Of a stretch of 64,000 nucleotides of DNA, positions 27,006-37,278 are shown piece after piece. Made by a program: the position numbers and the translations under genes. Origin of the DNA: Candidatus Sericytochromatia bacterium (GTDB lineage: Bacteria > Cyanobacteriota > Sericytochromatia > S15B-MN24 > VGJW01); assembly GCA_035285865.1 (NCBI GenBank), contig JAYKHS010000026.1, positions 1 to 64,000 on the forward strand, given 5' to 3'. Each line of letters begins with the position of its first letter. The stretch's first letter is position 1. The notes under the pieces are model-generated. The model did not search any database. It was not told the origin of the DNA and worked only from the letters and a program-made list of their open reading frames with translations.

Positions 27006-30000
27006 ACTTCTCCGAACCCTTCATCCGGCGTCCGGTCCTGACGTCGATGCTGATGCTGGTGACGTTGGTGCTGGGCGTCATGGGCTTCTCCAGATTGTCG
27101 GTCGATCTCTTCCCGGACGTGGACTTCCCCGTCGTGGTCGTGACGGTCCCGTATCCCGGAGCGGCTCCGCAGGAGGTCGAGACGCAGGTCTCCAAGCCCG
27201 TCGAGGAAGTCCTCGCGGGCGTCCCGGGCTTGAAGTCCCTCAGCAGCACCAGTCGCGAGGGCGTGGCCGTCGTCGTGGCTCAATTCCGCCTCGATGCCGA
27301 TCCTCAGGCGGCTGCGGCCGACGTCCGCGACAAGGTGTCGGGCCTGGGCACCCGATTGCCCACCGAAGCCCGCACTCCGGCCATCCAGGTCTTCGATCCG
27401 GCCAGCGAGCCCATCATGACCTACGCCTTTTCCGGTGGACGCCCCGAACGCCTCACGGCTTTCCTGAGGGAGCGCGTCCGTCCCCGGCTCGAATCGCTTC
27501 CGGGAGTCGCTGCCGTGCGGCCGTTCGGGGATCGCAACCGGGAAGTCCGGGTGCTGCTGGACCCGGCGCGTCTGGCGGCGGCTCGCGTGACGCCGATGGC
27601 CGTCCTGGATGCGGTCCGCGCGTGGAACATGGATCTTCCCGGCGGGCGGGTCGAGGAGGCCGGCAGGCTCATCACCCTGCGGACCCTGGGGCGCGCACGG
27701 GACGTCGCCGAGCTTGGCGATGCGGGAGTTCGGGATCTGGCCGGCGGCATCGTGCCCCTGTCGCGCGTGGCCGAGATCCGGGACGACCTGCGCCGCCCGG
27801 AGACGGCGGCCTTGGTCGATGGCCAGCCTGCCGTGGTTTTCGGGGTGGTCAAGGCCCGCGGCGCGAACGCAATCCGCGTCGCTGCGCGGGTCCGGCAGGT
27901 GCTCGACGGGCTTCGGGCCGAATTGCCGTCCGGCGTGCGCCTCGTGACGACCCGTGACCAGACCGAGTTCATCCGAGAGGCCAACCTCTCGGTTTGGGAG
28001 CACACGGCGGTCGGTGGTCTGCTTGCCGTGGCCGTCCTCCATCTGTTCCTGCGCAGCCGCGCCGCCACGTTCATCGGTGGTCTGGCCATCCCGCTGTCGA
28101 TCCTCGGCACCTTCTGGCTGATGCAGTGGGCCGGCTTCAGTTTCAATCAGCTGACCAACCTGGGCCTCTCGATGGTGGTCGGCATCCTCGTGGACGACGC
28201 CGTGGTCGACCTCGAGAACGTCTGGCGTCACATCGAGCAGGGCAAGGAACCGATCCGGGCGGCAATCGATGCAACGGCCGAGATTCAGCTTGCCGTGACG
28301 GCGACGACCATGACCATCGTGGCGGTCTTCATTCCCGTGGCCTTCATGGACGGCCTCATCGGTCGCTTCTTCGAGCAGTTCGGCTGGACGGTGGCTTTTG
28401 CCGTGCTCGTTTCCCTTCTTGTGGCGCGGACGGTAACGCCGATGCTCTCGGCTCGCATGTTGCGGCCGGCGCAGTCCGGGCACGGCTCGGATCAGGATAC
28501 CGGGTTCCGCTGGGCTGCCCCCTATCGCAGGATGCTGGCCTGGGCCCTGCGGCACCGGCGTCGGGTCCTCGCAGGGGCGCTCGTGTCCTTCGTGGCGGGC
28601 CTCGGGCTGGTGCCGTTCATTCCCAAGAGCTTCCTCGAACAGGCGGATGCAGGTGAGTTCCTGCTGACCATCAAGGCCCCCAAGGGCAGCTCCCTGCAGC
28701 AGACCCTGGTGCTGGCGCGGGGCGTCGAACGGTTGGTGCGTGCGCGTCCGGAAGTCCGCACGGTGCTGACCCAGGTCGGGCTCAGGGATCAGCCGGATCT
28801 GGCCCAGATTCATGCGGTGCTCCGTCCGCGTGGGGAGCGTCGTCTCGCGGACGTGGCCATTGCGCAGGAAGTCCGGGATCGGGCTCAGGACCTCCCTGGT
28901 GCCAAGACGTCCGTGATGGTCATTGGCATGGTCGCGCAGGGCGATCAGAACTATCCGATCTACTTGCAGCTGCGTTCGGAGGATCTCGGGGCTCTCGCGC
29001 GTGTCTCGTCGAATCTTGTCGCAGCCTTGCGCAGGCATCCCGGCCTCGTGGATCTCGACTCCAGCCTCGGAGCCGCACGCCCCGAGATTCGCCTCGTTCC
29101 GGACCGTGGGCGCATGGCCGAGCGGGGCGTCAGTCCGGCAGCGGTGGCGGCGACGCTGCGGCTGGCCACCGAGGGTGAGACGGCCACGACCGTGCCGCTG
29201 GATGGCGAGGACGTCCCCGTGAGGGTGGCTTTCGAAGACAGGGTCCGCGGCGATGCCTCGCGCTGGCAGGACCTGGACATCGTCGGTGCGCTGGGCCCCG
29301 TGTCGCTTGGTCAGCTCGTCACGGTCCGACGAGGGGACGGCTACGCCGAGATCCAGCGTCTGGATCGTGGACGCGTGGCCACGGTGGTCGGCAACCTGCG
29401 GCCGGGCATGGCCCTCGGGGAGGGACTTGCGATCGTGGCACAGGAGGTTGCGCGGCTGGAACTCCCGCCCGGGGTATCCATTTCGCTCGAGGGTCAGGCG
29501 AAGGACATGGCCGAGAGCTTCACCGGCCTGGTTCAGGCCTTGTTGCTGGCCGTGCTGTTCATCTACGTCATCCTGGCCGTGCAGTTCGAATCCTTCCTGC
29601 ACCCGTTCACCATCATGCTCTCCTTGCCCCTTTCGGTCGTGGGTGCATTCCTCGGGCTTTTCCTTACGGGTACAGAACTGGGCATCACGGCCATGATTGG
29701 CGTGATCATGCTCATGGGCATCGTCACCAAGAATGCCATCCTGCTCGTGGACGTCACCTTGAGCCGGCGCGCCGCAGGCATGGGTGTCGAGGAGGCCCTC
29801 CTTGCCGCGGCTCCTGTTCGGCTGAGGCCGATCCTGATGACTACGGCAGCCATGGTCATGGGCATGCTGCCGATGGCTTTCCGGCTGGGTGCCGGCAGCG
29901 AGTACCGGTACCCCATGGCCATCGTGGTCATCGGTGGCCTGGTGGCCAGCACGATGCTGACCCTGATTGTCATTCCCGTGGCCTTTGCGGAGGCCGAACG

Positions 30001-30079
30001 CTGGTCCGAGCGCGTGCGCGCGCGCTTCGGCTGGGCGAGGAGTGCGCGGGAAATGGGTAAGACGATTGCGGCGCCCTGA
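27002..30079 (+). CDS. RND efflux permease (AcrB/SwrC family)
   Basis: FIRRPV, GILVDDAVV, GIVTKNAILLVD, RLRPILMTT. Confidence 0.95.
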   Translation: MNFSEPFIRRPVLTSMLMLVTLVLGVMGFSRLSVDLFPDVDFPVVVVTVPYPGAAPQEVETQVSKPVEEVLAGVPGLKSLSSTSREGVAVVVAQFRLDADPQAAAADVRDKVSGLGTRLPTEARTPAIQVFDPASEPIMTYAFSGGRPERLTAFLRERVRPRLESLPGVAAVRPFGDRNREVRVLLDPARLAAARVTPMAVLDAVRAWNMDLPGGRVEEAGRLITLRTLGRARDVAELGDAGVRDLAGGIVPLSRVAEIRDDLRRPETAALVDGQPAVVFGVVKARGANAIRVAARVRQVLDGLRAELPSGVRLVTTRDQTEFIREANLSVWEHTAVGGLLAVAVLHLFLRSRAATFIGGLAIPLSILGTFWLMQWAGFSFNQLTNLGLSMVVGILVDDAVVDLENVWRHIEQGKEPIRAAIDATAEIQLAVTATTMTIVAVFIPVAFMDGLIGRFFEQFGWTVAFAVLVSLLVARTVTPMLSARMLRPAQSGHGSDQDTGFRWAAPYRRMLAWALRHRRRVLAGALVSFVAGLGLVPFIPKSFLEQADAGEFLLTIKAPKGSSLQQTLVLARGVERLVRARPEVRTVLTQVGLRDQPDLAQIHAVLRPRGERRLADVAIAQEVRDRAQDLPGAKTSVMVIGMVAQGDQNYPIYLQLRSEDLGALARVSSNLVAALRRHPGLVDLDSSLGAARPEIRLVPDRGRMAERGVSPAAVAATLRLATEGETATTVPLDGEDVPVRVAFEDRVRGDASRWQDLDIVGALGPVSLGQLVTVRRGDGYAEIQRLDRGRVATVVGNLRPGMALGEGLAIVAQEVARLELPPGVSISLEGQAKDMAESFTGLVQALLLAVLFIYVILAVQFESFLHPFTIMLSLPLSVVGAFLGLFLTGTELGITAMIGVIMLMGIVTKNAILLVDVTLSRRAAGMGVEEALLAAAPVRLRPILMTTAAMVMGMLPMAFRLGAGSEYRYPMAIVVIGGLVASTMLTLIVIPVAFAEAERWSERVRARFGWARSAREMGKTIAAP

Positions 30080-30101
30080 GGCGTCGTGACCGATCGACGC
30101 G

Positions 30102-32042
30102 ATGTCCGAACCTGATTCCTATTCCTTGCTCGGCCTTGCCTGGACGGCAACCGAGGATGAAGTATGGGCGGCCTTTCACGCCCGTGCGGCCGACCTCGTG
30201 CGCGGGCGAGCCAGCGACGATTACGCCCGCCTCCTCGATGCCCTTCAGGAATTGACGGACCCGGAGCGCCGGGCCTTGCTGGATGCGCGTCTTCGGGGAG
30301 ACCAGGTGCCGCAGGCCCCGCCGCCGAAGCCCGAGCCCAGGCCGGTGATGCAGCGGACGCCGACGCTGGTCTTGCGGATGACCATGGATGAGATGGTCGA
30401 CCAGGCTCGATTCCGCGAGATGGCGGCGTTGCTCGACGAGGAGGCCAGAACCTCGGAACCTTCCCCGGGGCGTCTGGCCCTCAGGGCCTTTGTGGCCTTT
30501 CGCCTCGGGGACGATGCCTTGGGCTTCGAGCGCCTGAAGCAGGCTCTGGCAGCCGATTCATCCTGCGCCTATGCCCATTATGCACTGGCGGTGCATGTCC
30601 AGCAGCGCGGCCGTGCCGAAGATGCGTGGCGAATCCTGCAATGGGCCTTGCCGCACGTGGGCGGCGACGAGGACCTCTGGTGCAGGGTGATGGATCTTGC
30701 CGTGTTGCTGAAGGATCCCGACGGGATCGTGCCATTCCTGATGACCGCGCTCGAAGACCATCCTGTCCGTATCCGGATGGTCGCTTTGCTCGTGGACCGC
30801 TTGTTGGCCAACGATCAAGCTGTTGCGGCCATGAGCCGCGCCCGGACTTTGCTGGAGCGCTGCCCCACTCAGCCGGACGCGTGGTTCCTGCTCGCGCGCA
30901 CGCAGGCCAGCCTCGGGGATCGGGCCGGTGCGGACGAGTCCTGCTTGAAGGCGCTCGAGCTGGATTCCGGGCACGGACCTGTGCTGAAGTTTCTCAGTCG
31001 CCTCTACTTCGATGCGGTGCATCCGGGAACTCGGGCCTTGCTGGCCCGAGCCGCCGGGGTCCTGGGCAAGGATGCCGAAATTGCCGGGCTGCAGGGGCTC
31101 GAGTCGCTGCGGAGCGGGGAGCTCGAGGTGGCCGAGCGTCACCTCGAGCGGGCGCACGCCCTTGATCCGACGTCCGTGCGATTCAATGCCCCACTTGCCG
31201 AGACGCAACTGCGCCTTGGAAAGCCCTCCGAAGCACTCGGGCATGCGCGCCTGCTTGCCGGCAGGCAGCAGGAATCCGAACGAGGGCCGTTTCTCGCTGG
31301 CGAGGCCCTGCTGACACTGGGCAGACTCGAAGAGGCGATCGTCAGCTACCAGGAGGCCCTGAAGCGTACGCCCGGCCATATCGCCAGTCTCTATGCCGTC
31401 GCCAAGTGTTACGCCTCCCTGGGCCGACCGGCCGAGGCTCTGGGTTATCTGATGGCCCTGACGGCATCGACCGTGCCTGTACCGGAGGTTCTGGTGCTCA
31501 AGGCCCAGATGATGGGGGCCATCGGCCAAGGCACGCACGCCGAGTCGACGTGGCGCGAGGTGCTTTCGCTGGACCCGGAGCATCAGGAGGCTCGTGTCGG
31601 CCTTGTCGGTGTTCTGGTTGCCACAGGCCGTGATGACGAGGCGTGGGCCATCATCGATGCCTTGATGGCCAGTGCCGATGGTGACCCCGACGTGCTTGAC
31701 GGCTTGGCACGCATGTGGGCCGAAACGGGCCGGATCGACACGGCGATGGAGCTCTGGCGCAGAGCGCTCGTGTTGCGGCCGAGTGATCGGTCCCAGTACG
31801 AGCCCTATCTGGATGCGCTCGAGAAGTCGGAATCATGGGATTTGCTTCAAGGCACCCTGACGCAGGCCATGCGATTCTTCCCGAATGATGCGACGCTGCC
31901 CCTTCGTTTGGCTCGTTCCTACGAGGCCCGTGGTTTGACCCGTGAAGCCGTGCTGGCTTATCGACGCCATCTTCGGATGGCACCCGCTTCCGCCGAGGCG
32001 CGGATGGTGCGGTCGCGCATCGAGGCTCTGGGGGGCCAGTGA
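30102..32042 (+). CDS. J-like domain (no HPD) + multi-TPR protein
   Basis: DSYSLLGL..ATEDEV..LTDPERRALLD, followed by many TPR helical pairs. Confidence 0.8.
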   Translation: MSEPDSYSLLGLAWTATEDEVWAAFHARAADLVRGRASDDYARLLDALQELTDPERRALLDARLRGDQVPQAPPPKPEPRPVMQRTPTLVLRMTMDEMVDQARFREMAALLDEEARTSEPSPGRLALRAFVAFRLGDDALGFERLKQALAADSSCAYAHYALAVHVQQRGRAEDAWRILQWALPHVGGDEDLWCRVMDLAVLLKDPDGIVPFLMTALEDHPVRIRMVALLVDRLLANDQAVAAMSRARTLLERCPTQPDAWFLLARTQASLGDRAGADESCLKALELDSGHGPVLKFLSRLYFDAVHPGTRALLARAAGVLGKDAEIAGLQGLESLRSGELEVAERHLERAHALDPTSVRFNAPLAETQLRLGKPSEALGHARLLAGRQQESERGPFLAGEALLTLGRLEEAIVSYQEALKRTPGHIASLYAVAKCYASLGRPAEALGYLMALTASTVPVPEVLVLKAQMMGAIGQGTHAESTWREVLSLDPEHQEARVGLVGVLVATGRDDEAWAIIDALMASADGDPDVLDGLARMWAETGRIDTAMELWRRALVLRPSDRSQYEPYLDALEKSESWDLLQGTLTQAMRFFPNDATLPLRLARSYEARGLTREAVLAYRRHLRMAPASAEARMVRSRIEALGGQ

Positions 32043-32045
32043 AGG

Positions 32046-33095
32046 CTAGTCTCGGGCTGTCGGACGCGTGACCAGGGGCCGTCGACGCAGGACTTTGCGG
32101 GCGAGGTAGCCGCGTGCCCGCGGGGCCGCGGGGTCCCCTGGCGCCAGCTTGAGGAACGAGCGGAAGGCGGCAGCGGCCTCGTCGCTGCGCCCTTGGCGAT
32201 GCAGGGCGACACCGAGGTTGTAGTGCGCCGCTGCCAGCCCGGGCACCCGCTTGATGGCCCGTCTGCACGACGCTTCGGCGTCCTTGTGGCGGTTGAGGCC
32301 GATGAGGGCGAGCGCCCGGCCCACGTCCGCGACGGCTGGATTCGCTCCGGCCTTCGCGGCGGCCTCGAAGGCGGTCAATGCGTCCGCGGCACGGCCTTGT
32401 TGCCATGCACGGGCGCCGTCGGCAAGCAGGGCGTCGGCACCTGAGAGCCGTGGAGCGCGCACGGCCCGAGGCAGGGTCGTCGGCTTCGCCGGCAGCGTTT
32501 CCGGGCTGGCGGATGGGCGTGGTGCCGGAAGCGTTGTCCGGCCCGCATCCGGGGCGGGGCCGAGGTCAGGGCGTGCCAGCAGCCCGAAGGCGACCAGCCC
32601 GGCGGCCAAGGCCGGAAGCAGCCACAGAGCCTTGCTGCGATCGGAAACCTCGAGAGCGCGCGTCGGCGCCCGCCGGATGACCGGTGTCGTCCGGGCCTCG
32701 CGCGGCTCTTCCGGTGCGGTGGGTTCCGGATTCGGCATTGGTGGCGACTGGTCCGACATCCGCTCGACGGGCGCATCCCTGCGGCTACCCGAGCGGAGGC
32801 GGCGCTCCTCTTCGTGGCGCGCCATCTCGCGCTGGCGCGCCAGCTCGGCAAGGATATCCAGATCGGGGCCGGAGTGAAGGCCTGTGGACGCCTGGGTTGC
32901 CTCGGGCACGGGAGCGCCCAGGCTGGCCGCGATATCCGCCAGTCTTGCGAGCGCTGCCTCGGCCCGGGCCCGGGCGTCGGCCGTCGTGGCCACGTCGCGT
33001 CGGCGGCTCCATCGGTTTCGCGCGGCCTCCAGCGCACGCCTGAGTTCGGCCTCCGTGGCCTGTTCCGACAGGCCGAGCAATTCCCACGGCTTCAT
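32046..33095 (-). CDS. J-like domain (no HPD) + TM + TPR protein
   Basis: MKPWELLGLSEQATEAELRRA, TM LWLLPALAAGLVAFGLL, TPR AAAHYNLGVAL. Confidence 0.75.
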   Translation of the reverse strand: MKPWELLGLSEQATEAELRRALEAARNRWSRRRDVATTADARARAEAALARLADIAASLGAPVPEATQASTGLHSGPDLDILAELARQREMARHEEERRLRSGSRRDAPVERMSDQSPPMPNPEPTAPEEPREARTTPVIRRAPTRALEVSDRSKALWLLPALAAGLVAFGLLARPDLGPAPDAGRTTLPAPRPSASPETLPAKPTTLPRAVRAPRLSGADALLADGARAWQQGRAADALTAFEAAAKAGANPAVADVGRALALIGLNRHKDAEASCRRAIKRVPGLAAAHYNLGVALHRQGRSDEAAAAFRSFLKLAPGDPAAPRARGYLARKVLRRRPLVTRPTARD

Positions 33096-35191
33096 CCGGC
33101 GGCCCACCATGCACCGAGGACCGGGCCGCATGCCGGACAAGCACCATCCTCAAGCGCTTCGTCGCACACCGGGCAGAAGCGGCGGCCATGCTCCGACTCT
33201 GCCAGCACGAGCGGGGGCCAGCCCTCACGTTCGAGCCTGGCCCACAGCACACCTACCCAGGAGGGTGGTGCATCCGGTTCCTGCAACGTGCGCATGAGCC
33301 TTGCGAACTGCCTGGCACGACGCCTGCGCCGCTCGCCGTCCGTCGGGATGATGAGTCCTTCCGCCGCCAGTTCCCGGATGCGTTGGCGCACGGCTGCACT
33401 GCCGGCCAGTCTTCCGGGCAGTTCCAGCGGGTGGCGCCCGGACGCGATGGCTTGCCATCGTCCGTCCTCGCGGAGGATCCGGAAGGCATGGGCCGCCCAT
33501 CTGAGGGTGCCTGTGGCCAGAGCCACCATGATGGCCACGGCGTCGTCGGGCGAGGTTTCCGGCGGTGGGGCGTCGGCCTTGCCACCCCAGGACAGTTGCC
33601 AGCCCGGACGCAAGTTGCGGCCACCGTGACCCGTGAAGGGGTGCATGTCGGGATCGTAAGGCCTCGGCGGTCTCCTTGCCACGCTTCTCACGCCTGCCGG
33701 CGCCGTGGCCGCCATGGCGGCCGCTCTTACGGCACGGGCCGTGAGCGCGCCCATCAGATCGGCCACCTGCGGGACGACGGCCCCAGGGCTCGGCCCAACG
33801 AGCCGCTCGGCCCATCCCGGGCCTCCGGCTGCCTCGCGCAAGGGATCCTCTGCACTTCCGGCCAGCATGGCCAGAGCTTCCCGGACGGCGGCATCGTGCT
33901 CCTCGGCCAGCGCAGGCAGGGCCGCTCGCTGGATGATGGTCCCCAGATACCGCAAGCGCTTGAGGCCTTCCCGTTCGACCATCGCGCGCCAGGCCTGCAG
34001 GGAGCGGGCCATTCTGTCGATTGCGGTGCCCTGATCCTCAAGCACGGCACGCCGAGTCCGCTGTTCGCGGAGGGTTTCGAGCATCTGCCACCAAGGCTTG
34101 ATGTCCGCGATGGCAGCCATGACCTCATCCGTCGCCAGGCTTCGGCCTTTCGGCCACAGGCCTGGGCGGAACTTCAGTCGTCCGAGCCGCTCCTCGGCCT
34201 GGCCTGAAGCGAGCGGCATGGCGGCCGTCAGGTCCTCCAACACGCGCTCGGTTGCTTCCTTGCGTCGCGCAATGCCCGTCTGAACGACCTCGAGCAATTC
34301 GAGCCACGAATCGACGGTGGCCAGTGCGGGGCGTGGATTGCCCGACCAGAGATCTTCACCCAGAGCCGCGTGCAAGGTTTCGCGGGCTTCCTCGATCAAG
34401 GCGCCAGGTGGTGTCCAGCCGGGTTCACGCACCATCGCGAGAAGATCCAGTTCGGCCAGCAGCCACGCCCGAAGGGTCTCCCCGCGCACGGGACCCTCGG
34501 CCAACATGTCCGAGGCGACGGACACGGGATCCACTCCTGCGGGCAGTCGGGGATCGAGAGCCCGCCATGTGGCCAGCAGTTCTCCGGATTCCGGTCTGCG
34601 GAGCTCCAGAAGCTGCTCCAACAGGCGAGCTTCGAGAACCGCCTGGACACGCTCTCGATCATGACCCGTCACTTGCCCGGTCCAGACTCCCGGGGGCAGG
34701 GGGGGCTCGGGTTCCCGCATCAAGTCTCGCAGCAGGATGCAGGCCGCCGCCGTCCCGTCTGGGGCGAGCCTGCCTCCGCCACGTCCCTCTCCTACCCACG
34801 TGACGGCAACGGGACGGCCCGTGGCCGACCCCCATCCGAGGAGGGTATCCAAGAGCAGGGATTCAGGATCGTTAGCACGAAGCACGAGATGGACAGCTCC
34901 TGCATCTGCGGCGAGGATGCGCCGCCAGTCCGTCTCTGCCTGCAACAGGGCGTGAACCAGGCTGTCGTCCCCGGGGGTCACGTCAAGCCAGGGGGCACTG
35001 GCCCATGCCGGGGGCAAGTCCGCCACGAGCTGCTGGATGGGGCCCGGGAAGTCTTCAGGGCACGGACCGGAGACCACCGCAGTCAGTCGTGGTCTCGGCC
35101 TCCCGGCGGGAGCGACGGCCATGGCCAGCAGATCATCCAGCATGGCGAGCGTGTGCGCACCGGCAGAACCGATGCCGACCATCAAGGTCAC
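33092..35191 (-). CDS. Degenerate tubulin/FtsZ-like protein with helical region and C-terminal zinc ribbon
   Basis: N-terminal LMVGIGSAG loop, long helical mid-section, CPVC-x8-CPAC. GTGA/ATGA coupling to both neighbours. Confidence 0.55.
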   Translation of the reverse strand: MTLMVGIGSAGAHTLAMLDDLLAMAVAPAGRPRPRLTAVVSGPCPEDFPGPIQQLVADLPPAWASAPWLDVTPGDDSLVHALLQAETDWRRILAADAGAVHLVLRANDPESLLLDTLLGWGSATGRPVAVTWVGEGRGGGRLAPDGTAAACILLRDLMREPEPPLPPGVWTGQVTGHDRERVQAVLEARLLEQLLELRRPESGELLATWRALDPRLPAGVDPVSVASDMLAEGPVRGETLRAWLLAELDLLAMVREPGWTPPGALIEEARETLHAALGEDLWSGNPRPALATVDSWLELLEVVQTGIARRKEATERVLEDLTAAMPLASGQAEERLGRLKFRPGLWPKGRSLATDEVMAAIADIKPWWQMLETLREQRTRRAVLEDQGTAIDRMARSLQAWRAMVEREGLKRLRYLGTIIQRAALPALAEEHDAAVREALAMLAGSAEDPLREAAGGPGWAERLVGPSPGAVVPQVADLMGALTARAVRAAAMAATAPAGVRSVARRPPRPYDPDMHPFTGHGGRNLRPGWQLSWGGKADAPPPETSPDDAVAIMVALATGTLRWAAHAFRILREDGRWQAIASGRHPLELPGRLAGSAAVRQRIRELAAEGLIIPTDGERRRRRARQFARLMRTLQEPDAPPSWVGVLWARLEREGWPPLVLAESEHGRRFCPVCDEALEDGACPACGPVLGAWWAAG

Positions 35192-36525
35192 GGGTGGCGC
35201 CTCCACCACGATCGGGCGTGACCTTGAGCCACGCGCTCCAGGCGATCTTGCGCTGCTTGCCCATCCGGACCCAGATGCATTTCCTTCAGGGTGCTCCCCT
35301 CGCCCCATGTCAGCCACCATCCGTCCGTGCGCCATTCTCGCAGGTCGGCAGCCCGATCCCAGAGTGCTTGTCGGGGGTCTTCGGCTGCAGGCCGAGTCCA
35401 GACTGGCGTGTCACTCAGCGCCCCTGCCGCCGGGGAAGCCGGGAGGCTCCCGCCGCGGATGTTTCCCCAGCCGGTCGCAGGCCTTTCCGGCAGGATCGGT
35501 TCGAACCAATGGCCGTCGATGACTCCGCCGTGTCGTCGATGCGCAGGAGGCGACGAGGTCGTGGTCCGCGTACCCCGAGATGGCGTCTGGCGCGGCTCGG
35601 CGGCTTTCCATGCATCCTCGACGAGGCGCCACGGCCCTGTCGGATCCGGCAGGTGCCGGCGACGCAGCCGCCAGCCCTCCTCGTCGAGGCGCTGGCCCAG
35701 GGGTGCCACGGCGAGATCCCGGGCGCGCACGAGTTGCAGGAGCAAGCTGCGATCGTGCCGGTCGGCTTCTTCGGCCAGGTCTCCCAACTCCAGCGGCAGC
35801 ATGTCCTCGTCCATCTCCGGCACGGTCCAGCCATCGGTCGGCAGGTGACGGGCCACGAACGCGATGGCACGTGCCACGGCCTCTGGGCCGAGAACGCTGC
35901 GAACGGCCTCGAGATGGACGGCGAGGCTGTCGGCCATCCACGCGAGGGGCCAGCGGCCATTGTGCCACGCCCTTGCTGCCGCTTCGCGCGGGCCAAAGCC
36001 TTCGGTCGGCCAAGGCCAGAGGCTCCTCCGAAGGGCCGTATCCAGTTCGGTCTGCAGGTTTGCGTCGGGATCCAGGACCTGCCACGGGCCGGGAAGTTCC
36101 TCGATGACGGGAGCCCACGCCGGCAGCATCCGCGGGGTGCTCGAGGATTCCGCAGGTTCCGGCCTCAGCGCCAGCATGTGGGCCGAGGTTGGCAGTTCCC
36201 CGCGTGCCCAGAGCGTCAGGGCCGAGGCCAGCAGGCGTTGCGGGGGATGCGCATCGTTCCCCTCTAGATTGCGGATGCCCGGGACCTCCAGGCGACTGCC
36301 CGGTTGCACGATCGCGAGGATGCTGGCATCGGCGGGGGCTGTGCCAAGCCAGGCCCGAAGGGCGGCTGCACGAATCTCTCGGCTGTCGAGCAGGACAACG
36401 GTACCCGGGTTGAACGCGCTCGGCCACGACGTGAAACCTGTCGTGCCGATCGGGAGGGCCGGGCGTGCGAGCCCCAGGGCTTCCCGGGCGTGACGGCCGA
36501 TTGCGTGGACCTCAGGTGGACTCAT
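35188..36525 (-). CDS. Hypothetical protein (possible second, highly degenerate tubulin-like paralog)
   Basis: Translationally coupled at both ends. N-terminal VHAIGRHAREALG beta-Gly-helix. Trp-rich. Confidence 0.6.
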   Translation of the reverse strand: MSPPEVHAIGRHAREALGLARPALPIGTTGFTSWPSAFNPGTVVLLDSREIRAAALRAWLGTAPADASILAIVQPGSRLEVPGIRNLEGNDAHPPQRLLASALTLWARGELPTSAHMLALRPEPAESSSTPRMLPAWAPVIEELPGPWQVLDPDANLQTELDTALRRSLWPWPTEGFGPREAAARAWHNGRWPLAWMADSLAVHLEAVRSVLGPEAVARAIAFVARHLPTDGWTVPEMDEDMLPLELGDLAEEADRHDRSLLLQLVRARDLAVAPLGQRLDEEGWRLRRRHLPDPTGPWRLVEDAWKAAEPRQTPSRGTRTTTSSPPAHRRHGGVIDGHWFEPILPERPATGWGNIRGGSLPASPAAGALSDTPVWTRPAAEDPRQALWDRAADLREWRTDGWWLTWGEGSTLKEMHLGPDGQAAQDRLERVAQGHARSWWRRHP

Positions 36526-36800
36526 CCCCGGATCCAGACTCCGAACCAGACGGTGGCACCGAGCACGACGAAAACGGTGGCCAGCATGACCTGTGTGGTT
36601 GGCGGATGCCCCGGACAGAAGGCCAGGATGGCCGCGACCGTGGCAAGGATGCAGCCGGAACCGAGTCCTGCCATGGCCGACTCGGTCGGGCGGTCCGGAT
36701 GAGCCGTCAGGAGCAGGCGCGGTATCCCCCATGTGGCCCACAGCGCGACAAGCAGGCCGGCCAGCATGATTGCGGTTCGCGTAGCCAGAACGTCATCCAT
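36522..36800 (-). CDS. Small 3-TM membrane protein
   Basis: Three hydrophobic segments in 92 aa. Overlaps both neighbours. Confidence 0.65.
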   Translation of the reverse strand: MDDVLATRTAIMLAGLLVALWATWGIPRLLLTAHPDRPTESAMAGLGSGCILATVAAILAFCPGHPPTTQVMLATVFVVLGATVWFGVWIRG

Positions 36801-37278
36801 GGCTGTCCGCCTGATCCAGCACGAGTTCCACCGTGGCCTCGGCAAAACCGACTTCGCGGTAGAGCGTTCGGGCTGCCGTGTTCCCGACATGCGTGAACAG
36901 CCGCAGACGCTCCACGCCGATTCGGTGCGCGATGGCCCGTGCATCCTCGAGCAGGCTCTTGCCGAGGCCACGTCGGCGATGCCCGGGGTCCACGGCCAGC
37001 ACGACGATGAACAAGTCGCGTTCGCCCGTTACCGGGTGATGGGTCGGCAGCGACCAGCAGCAACCCGTGACCTGTCGGGTCACATCGCGCGTGACCCGGA
37101 CATGGCCGCCTTGCTCGCGATACCACGCCCACTGGGCCTCGATGCGTTCCCGTGCCTCGCTGCGCGTCAATCGGGCCAACGCGGGGTAGCTGGCGTGGAC
37201 GGCTTGCCCGAACAACGCGAGCAGGGCTGGGCGATCGTCGTCGACGGCATCCTCGACCACGCGTGGATCAATGCTCAT
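36793..37278 (-). CDS. GNAT family N-acetyltransferase
   Basis: LAVDPGHRRRGLGKSLL, NTAARTLYREVGF. Confidence 0.9.
   Translation of the reverse strand: MSIDPRVVEDAVDDDRPALLALFGQAVHASYPALARLTRSEARERIEAQWAWYREQGGHVRVTRDVTRQVTGCCWSLPTHHPVTGERDLFIVVLAVDPGHRRRGLGKSLLEDARAIAHRIGVERLRLFTHVGNTAARTLYREVGFAEATVELVLDQADSHG

Noticed and set aside
26726..29602. 958-aa antisense ORF and similar long shadow ORFs (e.g. 40312-42735, 42510-44225, 6328-8079)
   Set aside because: They lie opposite or out of frame to well-supported genes. Long stop-free frames are expected at this GC content and carry no recognisable motifs.
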